NCBI GenBank assembly: GCA_963738285.1
Contig: CAVTVX010000009.1
Coordinates: forward strand, 96,909-160,908
Direction: 5' to 3'
DNA from: an uncultured Gammaproteobacteria bacterium
GTDB lineage: Bacteria > Pseudomonadota > Gammaproteobacteria > Steroidobacterales > Steroidobacteraceae
DNA length: 64,000 nucleotides
Shown in pieces: positions 1 through 8,091 of the stretch. Position numbers and translations under genes: made by a program. Numbering within the stretch: the first letter of the stretch is position 1; every line of letters starts with the position of its first letter. The notes under the pieces were generated by a model. It was given only the letters and a program-made list of their open reading frames with translations, made no database searches and was not told where the DNA came from.

Positions 1-721
1 ATTCAGCCTTCTTCGCCGCCTCCTCGGTCGCGACGCTGGCGGCGGCACCGGACGTGAGCCTGGTCACTTCCGCCACGAGTTCGGGAGCCGGTGCCGGCGG
101 CGTGGCCTTGCTCGCCAGGATCCGCGCGGCGCTGTCGTCGTCATAGAAGCGCTTGTTGGCTTTCTTGCCGATGAAAATGCCGTTGCCTTCGAGCGAGACG
201 CCGGCGAACAGTCCCTGGGACTTCGAATAGGCGTATACCTCGGCGTCGAACGTGATGCTGGTCGAGGCCATCGCGGTCCGTCCGACCGGGCCCGCCGCGA
301 CAGAGGCATCGGCCCCGAGCGTCATCTTGCCGTCAGTGATGCCCTCGATGCTTTCACGCGTCGTGAGCACGAGCACGATGTCGGAGACCTGGCCGCCGGC
401 CTGGAAGCCCCAGCTGCCGCCGCCGGTCGAGACGAATACCGGATTGCTCCAGCTGCGGTCGGGATTTCGCACGAGCATCACGCCGTTGCCGAATCGCGCT
501 CCGAAGATGAGGCCGACCTTGACGTTGGCCGGAAGGATGATGATGCCCTCGGCCCTGGACAGCAGCAGGTCCGGGATACGCGTGTCCGGGATCGCCTGCA
601 GCTCGCGTAACACGATCAGCGACTGGTCGATCGTCGCCTCCTCGCGTGTCACCGCCTGCGCCGGCTGGGTCAAGAGACCGGCGGCGAGCAGCGCGCCGAG
701 GATCTTCGAAATCAGCTTCAT
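1..721 (-). CDS. SYLF/Ysc84 (DUF500) lipid-binding domain protein, exported; 3' end lies outside the window
   Basis: Not in the ORF track because it runs off the left edge. Manual reverse translation from the ATG (complement of 719-721) gives MKLISKILGALLAAGLLTQPAQA, a signal peptide. It continues GIIILPANVKVGLIFGARFGNGVMLVRN...STGGGSWGFQAGGQVSDIVLVL...GADASVAAGPVGR...YAYSKSQGLFAGVSLEG, a pattern I associate with SYLF/Ysc84 domains. The frame stays open to position 2. Confidence 0.7.
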   Translation of the reverse strand, partial: MKLISKILGALLAAGLLTQPAQAVTREEATIDQSLIVLRELQAIPDTRIPDLLLSRAEGIIILPANVKVGLIFGARFGNGVMLVRNPDRSWSNPVFVSTGGGSWGFQAGGQVSDIVLVLTTRESIEGITDGKMTLGADASVAAGPVGRTAMASTSITFDAEVYAYSKSQGLFAGVSLEGNGIFIGKKANKRFYDDDSAARILASKATPPAPAPELVAEVTRLTSGAAASVATEEAAKKAE

Positions 722-848
722 GGTGTCATTCCTGTTCCGGGCCCACCCCGACAGACCGCACGCAGGGTGACAGGTTCCGGGTGGGGCGAGCGTCGGGCTA
801 GTGTATCCGTTGTGCGACGGTCCGCTTATCGTCCACACTGAGGACGCC

Positions 849-1820
849 ATGATGCGCCGTTTCCTGCTCGCGGTCACGCTGCTTCTCGCGTCGGCGGGCG
901 CCGCGCATGCCGAGTGGTACGAACGGGAAGAAGCGATCATGGGCACGCGGATCGCGGTCGAGGTCTGGCACGCAGACCCGTCAGCGGCCGAGCGCGCGAT
1001 CGACGCGGTGATTGCCGAGATGCACCGCATCGACGCGCTCATGTCGGTCTACAAGCCCGACAGCCAGGTCTCGAAAGTGAACCGCGATGCCGCCACGGGA
1101 CCGGTCAAGGTCGACCCGGAGCTCGCCGCGCTCGTCTCACGGGCACTGGAATTCTCTGAAATGTCGGGCGGGGCCTTCGACATCACGTATGCAAGCGTCG
1201 GCTACCTGTACGATTACCGCGCCCACAAGCATCCGACCGACGCCCAGATCGAGGCCGCACTGCCGGGAATCAGCTGGCATCACGTCATCGTGGACCGGGC
1301 CGCGTCCACCATCCGCTTCACGCAGACCGGCGTGCGCATCGACCTCGGCGGCATCGCAAAGGGCTATGCCGTCGATACCAGCATCGCGATCCTCGGCAAG
1401 CTAGGCATCTCCAACGCCACGGTGACCGCGGGCGGCGACAGCCGCATCCTGGGCGACCGCCGCGGACGCCCCTGGATCGTCGGCATCCGGCATCCCGATG
1501 ACCGCGATCGCGTGATCGCGCGTATTCCGCTGGAGGACGCGGCAATCTCGACCTCCGGCGACTATGAGCGTTACTTCGACGAGGGCGGCGTGCGCTACCA
1601 CCACATCATCGACCCGAAGACGGGAAGGAGCCCGCACGGAATTCGCAGCGTCACCGTCATCGCGCCGACGTCGACGCTTGCCGAGGGGCTGACGAAGAGC
1701 GTCTTCATCATGGGGCCGGAGCGCGGGCTCGCGCTGGTCGAGTCGAAGCCCGACGTGGACGCGGTCGTCGTGACCGCGGACGGCAGGGTACTGTATTCCA
1801 GGGGGCTGGCGCCGCCGTGA
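849..1820 (+). CDS. apbE: FAD:protein FMN transferase ApbE (periplasmic flavin transferase)
   Basis: ORF 801-1820 trimmed to the ATG at 849 (MMRRFLLAVTLLLASAGAAHA signal peptide, GAGGA RBS upstream). ApbE-type motifs are present: AIMGT, DLGGIAKGYAVD, ISTSGDYERYF, HHIIDPKTG. Confidence 0.9.
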   Translation: MMRRFLLAVTLLLASAGAAHAEWYEREEAIMGTRIAVEVWHADPSAAERAIDAVIAEMHRIDALMSVYKPDSQVSKVNRDAATGPVKVDPELAALVSRALEFSEMSGGAFDITYASVGYLYDYRAHKHPTDAQIEAALPGISWHHVIVDRAASTIRFTQTGVRIDLGGIAKGYAVDTSIAILGKLGISNATVTAGGDSRILGDRRGRPWIVGIRHPDDRDRVIARIPLEDAAISTSGDYERYFDEGGVRYHHIIDPKTGRSPHGIRSVTVIAPTSTLAEGLTKSVFIMGPERGLALVESKPDVDAVVVTADGRVLYSRGLAPP

Positions 1821-1827
1821 CGTTTCC

Positions 1828-1904
1828 GGAGGGGACGCACCCCTTCAGCGCAAAGCCGTCGTTGGGGTTGAGCCGGCGTTTCGCTGAAGGGGTGCGTCCC
1901 CTCC
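1828..1904. repeat. REP-like palindromic element, copy A (23-bp perfect inverted repeat GGAGGGGACGCACCCCTTCAGCG with a 31-nt loop)
   Basis: Arms at 1828-1850 and 1882-1904 are perfect reverse complements. The element lies between convergent apbE and the DUF3570 gene. The same core GGGGACGCACCCCTTC recurs at 27231-27310 and 59105-59156. Confidence 0.85.
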
Positions 1905-1923
1905 GTGCGTCCACTTCGAAAGA

Positions 1924-3060
1924 TCAGAACCAGCCTGAGAAGTAGAAACGGATGACGTCCGCGTCGAAGGTGTAGGGCGGTTCGGCGCCAGGCGCGACTC
2001 CGGTGACGCGCAGGTCGCGGAAGTCGTCGTAATCGAAGTGGATGCGGTCATAGCGCAGGTTCAGCGAGGCCTTGTCCAGGAATTCGACACGCCCCGGCTT
2101 GAATTCGTAGGCCACGCCGAAGCCGAGTGTGTGGCTCTTCATCGACGCGAGCTCCTTGTCACGGGCAAGGAAGTTCTGGAAGTCCTCACGCGGGAAAAGG
2201 TCCGAGTAGAACTCGGCCGAGTTCTGCGTATAGAAGCGGTAGTGGACGTCGAAAGTCCATTCGTCGTCGAGCGGGTGCGTATACGAGACCTCCGCCGTGT
2301 GGCCGCGGATGTCCCAGGTATCGGTGTAGAAGCGGTAGTCGCCCTGGATCGCCGCGCGATAGGGCAGGTACCAGCGGCCCCGCAGCGAGATCGCGTTGCC
2401 TGTGCGTGTGCGCGGGTAGCGCTCGGCCTGATAGGAGTAGCCGAGCGCGGCGTCCGGGTCGACGAAGCGGACTTGGCGGTAGGGGTTGTTCAGGAAGCCT
2501 TCCTCGGTGATTGTCTCGAAGGCGAGACCGAGGATCAGGTTCTTGGTCGCGATCTGGGAGACGTCCACGCCGTAGATGCGCCGGTCCACGTGGTCGCTGA
2601 ACGTATCGTCGCCGCGGCGCGAGACGTCGTCCCAGCCGCGCGTGAAGTAGAGCGCCACCGTGGTGAGGTCGCCGAACATGTCCTGGCTGATGGAGAGGCT
2701 TGCGGTGTCGGCGTTGTAGTCGTTTTCGCTCGAATTGCTGAACGAAGCTGCATAGGTAACCTTTCCTCGCAGGTACTCGAGGCCGACGCCGTACTGCGTG
2801 CGTTCCTCCTTGTAGGGGCTCGCCGTCGTGATGACGTCAATCGAGGCCGAGGAGACCATGTCCACGTAGTAACTCGCGTTGACCGCGTACTTTTCCGCGA
2901 ACTTCTTTCGCACGAGCAGCGACGGGCCGTCGATCGTGACGCCGCCGCCGTCGTAATAGTGGTACATGAGGTCCGCACGGTCGTCCGGCAGGACGCCCGC
3001 GACCGCGGTCAGCGGCAGCAGGAAGGCGAGGGCGGCTGCCCGGATCAGTTGCATCCGCAT
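1924..3060 (-). CDS. DUF3570-like outer-membrane beta-barrel protein
   Basis: ORF 1924-3153 trimmed to MRMQLIRAAALAFLLPLTAVAG (signal peptide). The protein shows alternating beta-strand character and a C-terminal FYFSGWF, an aromatic terminus typical of OM barrels. The gene context TlpA-DUF4266-DUF3570 next to ApbE matches a cluster I recall as conserved. Confidence 0.65.
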   Translation of the reverse strand: MRMQLIRAAALAFLLPLTAVAGVLPDDRADLMYHYYDGGGVTIDGPSLLVRKKFAEKYAVNASYYVDMVSSASIDVITTASPYKEERTQYGVGLEYLRGKVTYAASFSNSSENDYNADTASLSISQDMFGDLTTVALYFTRGWDDVSRRGDDTFSDHVDRRIYGVDVSQIATKNLILGLAFETITEEGFLNNPYRQVRFVDPDAALGYSYQAERYPRTRTGNAISLRGRWYLPYRAAIQGDYRFYTDTWDIRGHTAEVSYTHPLDDEWTFDVHYRFYTQNSAEFYSDLFPREDFQNFLARDKELASMKSHTLGFGVAYEFKPGRVEFLDKASLNLRYDRIHFDYDDFRDLRVTGVAPGAEPPYTFDADVIRFYFSGWF

Positions 3061-3272
3061 CCGCCACCGGCGGCGCCCGCAGCGCCGCGCGCGCCTTCGC
3101 GCGATTCGTAAACGTGCAGGATGTAGGAGGAAGACACCGGGTCTCGGTCCCACGCCATGATCGGGTCCGCCAGGTTTTCGCGCTCGTAGGGCTTCACCCA
3201 GGGCTCGAGGCGCGAACAGCCGCAGGCGGCGAACAGCAGGAACGCCGCTGCCACGAGGCGCAGGGGCTTCAC
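3045..3272 (-). CDS. DUF4266-like small lipoprotein
   Basis: 75 aa with lipobox LFAACGC, the sequence ADPIMAWDRDP, and a Gly/Cys tail GGGCGCN. A GTG start overlaps the TlpA stop by 4 nt (GTGA). The 3' end overlaps the DUF3570 gene start. Confidence 0.65.
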   Translation of the reverse strand: MKPLRLVAAAFLLFAACGCSRLEPWVKPYERENLADPIMAWDRDPVSSSYILHVYESREGARGAAGAAGGGCGCN

Positions 3273-3778
3273 GACTTTTCCCGCAGCATCGCCCGGATCT
3301 GCTCGATGTACGCCGCCTCGTCCCCCGGCCTGTAGGCGCGGTGCTGCCAGCGCAACCGGCCCTGACGGTCGACCAGGAAGGTGGTCGGCATCGCGCTCAC
3401 GCCGTAGCTGCCGCTCACTTTGTTGTCAGGGTCGAAAAGGATCGGAAAACTGACCGGCGTCGTGCCGAGGAAGCGCTCGGCATCCGTCTTCTCGCTCTCG
3501 ACGTTGATGCCCACCATCTCGAAGCCCATCGGCTTGTACTTCCGGTACATTTCGTCGAGCGCAGGGAATTCCTGGCGGCAGGGCCCGCACCAGCTGGCCC
3601 AGAAGTTGATCATCACGACCTGGCCCTTGAGGTCGCCGAGCGACACCTGCCCGCCCGAGCGGCTGGTGAGCGTGAACGCCGGCGCCGGCGGCGAACCGTC
3701 GGTGGCGGCCGCGGGCCAGGCGACCGCGACGAGCGCGACGAGCAACGCAGCGAACGGTAACCTCTGGAATTTCATCAT
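3269..3778 (-). CDS. TlpA/ResA-family periplasmic thiol:disulfide oxidoreductase
   Basis: 169 aa with a signal peptide, the thioredoxin active site WASWCGPC, and a GAGGAGG RBS upstream of the ATGATG start. Confidence 0.85.
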   Translation of the reverse strand: MMKFQRLPFAALLVALVAVAWPAAATDGSPPAPAFTLTSRSGGQVSLGDLKGQVVMINFWASWCGPCRQEFPALDEMYRKYKPMGFEMVGINVESEKTDAERFLGTTPVSFPILFDPDNKVSGSYGVSAMPTTFLVDRQGRLRWQHRAYRPGDEAAYIEQIRAMLREKS

Positions 3779-3787
3779 GCTGCCTCC

Positions 3788-4468
3788 TCAGAAGAACGCC
3801 GTTACACCCAGTGTCGCTTCGAAGTTGTGGCTGGTCTTGTTCGCGCCCAGCACGTCAATCTCCATCACGTGGTCGCGCATGTCGAGGTGCACGGCGAGCC
3901 AGTCCTTGAGCAGAACGCGGGCCCCGGCTCCCGCGGTGAGCGTGAAGTGGTCGTCGCCTGCGAACCGCGTGCCACCCGCACCGAGCGTCAGGTAAACCGC
4001 GCTGTTGTAAGCGTGCTTACCGCCGAAGAATATCTCGCCCGGGAGTGCATTCCAGCCGAAACCCAGGCTGTAATAAGTGAATTGCCTCTCAGTGTCGGTC
4101 AATAGGGGCGCTCCGCCGGACAGCCGTTCGAAACTGGACAATCCGGCGTCGCTGGTTCCTGCGATTGCCTCGGCAAAGAAGTCCTCGCTGATGTGGTAGG
4201 CGATACGGCCGCCATAGACCACATTGACCTCGAAATCCTCGACCGACAGGGAACCGACGTAAATGCCGGCCTCCCAGTTCTCGGTGTCGATCTTCGCGGG
4301 CTTGACTTCGCGTCGCTCGACTTGCGGCTCGATCACGACAGGCGTCTCGCCGCCTTCCGGAGGCGGCGGTGGCTCCGCCTCGGGCGAGCCCTTGCGCCAG
4401 GGCATGTGCGAACAGCCGGCCGCCAGGACCACGGCGCTCAAAAGAAGAATGCGAATCCGAGTTTCCAT
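3788..4468 (-). CDS. outer-membrane beta-barrel lipoprotein, function unknown
   Basis: ORF 3788-4678 trimmed to METRIRILLLSAVVLAAGCSH (lipobox). A Pro-rich linker is followed by a beta-rich body ending in TLGVTAFF, an OMP-type C-terminal Phe. Confidence 0.6.
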   Translation of the reverse strand: METRIRILLLSAVVLAAGCSHMPWRKGSPEAEPPPPPEGGETPVVIEPQVERREVKPAKIDTENWEAGIYVGSLSVEDFEVNVVYGGRIAYHISEDFFAEAIAGTSDAGLSSFERLSGGAPLLTDTERQFTYYSLGFGWNALPGEIFFGGKHAYNSAVYLTLGAGGTRFAGDDHFTLTAGAGARVLLKDWLAVHLDMRDHVMEIDVLGANKTSHNFEATLGVTAFF

Positions 4469-5172
4469 TCGATGTCTTCCTCGTTCTCGTCGCGGTCGGT
4501 GAAGACCACGTATTCCTTGTATTCGCCGCGGATGATGAAGCGCCGGGCAAGGTAGGCGCGGACGCCGATGCCCGCGTAGGCGACCTGGTCGGTGCGGTCC
4601 GGGGTGCCGACCAGCGTTCCTTTCGGCTGGATGCGGATGACGCCGGCGCCCATCGAGAGGAACGGCTGGATGCGCCATTCCGGCACCGGCACGTGGGTCA
4701 CGCCGATCGTCGCGTACTGGCCGTCGGAGAAATTGCCGAGCAGGTGCGCGAGCGCGAGCTCGCCGGACAGGTGTTCATTGAAAGCGTAGGCGCCGTAAAC
4801 CGTCACGACATTCGAGCCGCCGTAGTCGCCGATCAGCATGCCGACCTCGCGGCGGTGGGCGCCGAAATCCTCCCGTGACGGGTCGTCGATCTCCATCTTG
4901 ACTCCGGCCGGGACGAGCGTTTCCGCCATCTGGCCGCGGTGCACCCAGCCTTCGCGCCCGTTCGTATCGATGACCTGGAACCAGTCGGTGCGCCGCTTCT
5001 CGACTTCCACCGTCTCGCCGCGCTCGACGACGTGGAAGATGGGGAATCCGCGGCCGGGGCCCGTGCGCAACTCGAGATAGGGATCGGCAACCGTAACCCG
5101 AAGTCCCTCGGCCCGGGCCGTCACAGCTGCCGCAAGAAACATCAGCAGCCCGCAGGCCGCGAGCCGCGCCAT
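4438..5172 (-). CDS. SH3b-domain plus beta-barrel outer-membrane protein, function unknown
   Basis: Trimmed to MARLAACGLLMFLAAAVTARA (signal peptide). The segment LELRTGPGRGFPIFHVVERGETVEVEKRRTDWFQVIDTNGREGWVH looks like a bacterial SH3 domain. The C-terminus KLGFAFFF is OMP-like. Confidence 0.6.
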   Translation of the reverse strand: MARLAACGLLMFLAAAVTARAEGLRVTVADPYLELRTGPGRGFPIFHVVERGETVEVEKRRTDWFQVIDTNGREGWVHRGQMAETLVPAGVKMEIDDPSREDFGAHRREVGMLIGDYGGSNVVTVYGAYAFNEHLSGELALAHLLGNFSDGQYATIGVTHVPVPEWRIQPFLSMGAGVIRIQPKGTLVGTPDRTDQVAYAGIGVRAYLARRFIIRGEYKEYVVFTDRDENEEDIEWKLGFAFFF

Positions 5173-5176
5173 CGCC

Positions 5177-7840
5177 TTAGTTAACCGGGGCCATGAAGGG
5201 GTCGTTGTAATACTGCCCACCGATGTCCAGCCACTCGGCGATCAGCCGCAATTCCGCCGGCGTCAGCCATCCCGCATGCGTGCCGCCCGCATCGAAGCGG
5301 CTGAAGAACGTCGTCGATGCCCGCGCGCCTGCCGCGCTCATCGACGGGCTGACGGGCACCGGGACCAGCGTCGGCAGGCCGGTTACCGGATCCGGCGGAC
5401 CCGGCACCAGGATGTCCTGCAGCGCGCCCATGTTAACTTCCTGGGCGTTATCCGTGAACAGGAGTTCGCGGTACGAGACCAGGTGATCGGGCTCGTCGGG
5501 CGACGCGCCGCCCGAAAGATCGAGCTGCGCGGCGGGTACGCGGACGGCTCCCGCGGCATCGACCGGGCTGTGGCACGAGATGCAGGTGTTGTCCGCAACG
5601 ACATTGCCGTTCGCGTCCAGCACCTGGCGCGGAACCGACCAGATCGGGTGAATGTGGTCCGGGTAGTGGATCGTGATGCGGCACAGGGCGGACCAATTGG
5701 ACTGGCAGGTCGCCGAAGTCGGCGCCGGGGTCGTGAGCTGGGCATAGCGATAGGCGAAAGGCGCGTCAGGCGCGCGGCCGGAAGCGATCGGGTCGGTCCA
5801 CACGTCTTCGTACAATACGTCCACCGTCGGCTTGAGCGCCGCGCAGTCGGTCTGACAGGAAACGCGTGCGCGTGCTTCAGCCATGGTCTCGCCCTGGTTG
5901 GCGAAGATCGCAGGATTCGAATGGATAAACGGCTGGCCCGTAGTCGGTGCGCCCGAGTTGACTGCGACGAACAGATCGTGCCGGCCGTGCGACACGGCGG
6001 GCATTCCGCCTGGCTGCGCACCCGCGGGAATATGGCAGCCGTTGCAGCTCAGCACTTCGCCCGCGCGCACCTGGAGCCAGTTGAGGTGGCGTGGCGTGAT
6101 GCGCCGGCCATTGGCGTCGAGCACGCCGACGGCGAACGGGACGCCCGCGGGCAGCTTGACCTGGACCGAGCCGTCCGGCTCGATCGGCGCGTAGCCCAGG
6201 ATCTCGCGCATGCCGAGTCCACCCGCGGCGCCGAATGCCGTGCCGCGGAAATCCCGCACTTCGTCGTCCGGCAGTCCCACGGCCTTCTCGATGCGCAGGA
6301 ACCGGGCCGGGCGCTCGTCGGCCGTCGTCTGCACGGGGTCAATCAGGGAGGCATAGCCGCCGGGCGCGATGTCAGCGCCGTCGAGGTCGTAGACGCTGCG
6401 GATATTCAGGATGCCGACGTTTTCCGCGGCAAGCACCGGGTCATAGTCGACGCCGGGGACGGCGTCGATGATCACTGCCGGCAGGGGCGTGCGCGGCGCA
6501 AGCGAGATGACTTCCGTGTAGCGGATGCCTTCGGTGGGCTGTAGAACGGGCCGCTGGGTCAGGTCACGCGGGTCGTAGAGCCACACACCATATAAAGGAG
6601 GCGCCGGCACCAGCGTCGTATCGGCGAGGTTCCGGGGCGTGCAGGGCAGGGTGCGCCCGGCCGCGTCATTGAGCCTGCAGAGGGTCCAGGTCGTGAGCAG
6701 CCGGCCGGTGCCGTCACGCAGCGGGAAGACGGACGAATATCGCCCGCCCGGCGAGAGTCCCGGATCCGTGCGCACGTCGTTGACGGCCAGCCGGGTCTGC
6801 GCCGGGCCCTGGAGCCCGGCGTTCGCAAGATCGGCCTGCTGGATCTCCACAAAAGCCGAGGCGTCGATCGCGACCGGGTCGCCGCCCTGCTCGGAGCCCT
6901 GGAATGGCTTCAGGAGCGCGAGCACGCGGCCGTCCTCCATGGGGCGTGGCTGAAGGAACTGCACGTCCGACGTACCCGGACCGGCCGGGCCGGTCGGGGT
7001 CCCTCCCGAGCCGGTCGCGTGGCTGTTGGCGCCGTAGAGGAGCTCGAGATGGCTGCCATCGGGATGCACCGTATACAAATGTATGGAACTCCCGCTCGCG
7101 TTCTCCCAGCGGCTGAAAACGATTCGCCCGTCATCGAGAACGTCCGGGTCCAGGTCGTGGCTCTGGTTGAAAGAGATCTGCCGAATGCCGGAGCCATCGG
7201 CGTTCATCACGTGCAGCACGAAGGCATGTTCGTTGCGGTCCTCGTCCTGGGCCGCGAACTGGGGCTTGCCCTCGTCGATCAGCACGGCCTTTGACTGGCG
7301 CTGGCGCGTAGAGGAGAAGACGATCCGCCCGTCCGGGAGGTAATGGGGCGCAACGTCGTGGCCTTCCCCGGCAACGATGTCCGAAGCGATGACCCGGTGC
7401 AGCGCGTCGGTCGTCCGGTCGTACTCCCAGATGTTCCAGGTCGGCTGCTCGCTGTCCATCGCGCCGGGGATGAGCGGCATGCGCATCGCGAAGATGATCT
7501 TCGCGCCGTCAAAGGATGCGTCGATGTCGCGCACGTCCCAGAGGCCGCCGGTCACACGCTCCGTGACGTTGTGCTCGGGCACGTCCGGCGCCGCGCGGTC
7601 GCGCAGCCACACGTCTGCGCCCGCCTCGAAGGTCTCGAGCTCGCGCGCGTCCAGGTCGTCGAGGTCGGTGAGATCCTCCGGCAGGGGGCTGCGGACATAA
7701 GCGATCGGGATGTCGAGCACGACCGGGTCGGGCGACTGCCCGCCGCCGATGTTCACATCGCCGTCGTGCCCGGTGGCGCAGGCCGCAAGCAAGGCGGCCG
7801 CCAGGGGCAACAGACAGGATCTCTTATTCGTGACAAGCAT
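5177..7840 (-). CDS. lipoprotein with TolB/PD40-type beta-propeller repeats and a C-terminal region carrying two CxxCH heme c motifs (HzsA-related architecture)
   Basis: 887 aa with lipobox LLAAC. Repeats include APHYLPDGRIVFSS, MNADGSGIRQISF and DPDVLDDGRIVFSRW. The CxxCH motifs are CNGCH and CISCH. The family assignment is from memory of proteins annotated as HzsA-related, so the product name is tentative. Confidence 0.6.
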   Translation of the reverse strand: MLVTNKRSCLLPLAAALLAACATGHDGDVNIGGGQSPDPVVLDIPIAYVRSPLPEDLTDLDDLDARELETFEAGADVWLRDRAAPDVPEHNVTERVTGGLWDVRDIDASFDGAKIIFAMRMPLIPGAMDSEQPTWNIWEYDRTTDALHRVIASDIVAGEGHDVAPHYLPDGRIVFSSTRQRQSKAVLIDEGKPQFAAQDEDRNEHAFVLHVMNADGSGIRQISFNQSHDLDPDVLDDGRIVFSRWENASGSSIHLYTVHPDGSHLELLYGANSHATGSGGTPTGPAGPGTSDVQFLQPRPMEDGRVLALLKPFQGSEQGGDPVAIDASAFVEIQQADLANAGLQGPAQTRLAVNDVRTDPGLSPGGRYSSVFPLRDGTGRLLTTWTLCRLNDAAGRTLPCTPRNLADTTLVPAPPLYGVWLYDPRDLTQRPVLQPTEGIRYTEVISLAPRTPLPAVIIDAVPGVDYDPVLAAENVGILNIRSVYDLDGADIAPGGYASLIDPVQTTADERPARFLRIEKAVGLPDDEVRDFRGTAFGAAGGLGMREILGYAPIEPDGSVQVKLPAGVPFAVGVLDANGRRITPRHLNWLQVRAGEVLSCNGCHIPAGAQPGGMPAVSHGRHDLFVAVNSGAPTTGQPFIHSNPAIFANQGETMAEARARVSCQTDCAALKPTVDVLYEDVWTDPIASGRAPDAPFAYRYAQLTTPAPTSATCQSNWSALCRITIHYPDHIHPIWSVPRQVLDANGNVVADNTCISCHSPVDAAGAVRVPAAQLDLSGGASPDEPDHLVSYRELLFTDNAQEVNMGALQDILVPGPPDPVTGLPTLVPVPVSPSMSAAGARASTTFFSRFDAGGTHAGWLTPAELRLIAEWLDIGGQYYNDPFMAPVN

Positions 7841-8091
7841 CTCAATTCACTCCGGTTCCGAGCGCGATTCCTTCACGACAGAATGCAGGCGAACGACTGC
7901 GTCACGGACCCCGAAACCCTGCTGAGTTCCCATGAATACAAGCAATTGCGCGTTTGACGCCCGGTCATGGATTCAGCCTACCTTGACCTGCGTCGCGGGT
8001 GAATGTCGCGGTTCAGAGACATTACCCGCCCCGGAACCCGCCGATATATTCGCCCGCAGTTTCGAAAACCGCGAGCGAGTGGAGCACGGAA

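Noticed and set aside
5177-7840. A possible genuine hydrazine synthase (anammox) gene, given the HzsA-like architecture.
   Set aside because: There are no HzsB/HzsC partners, hydrazine dehydrogenase or other anammox genes, and the genomic context is an ordinary proteobacterial chromosome. The resemblance is architectural only.
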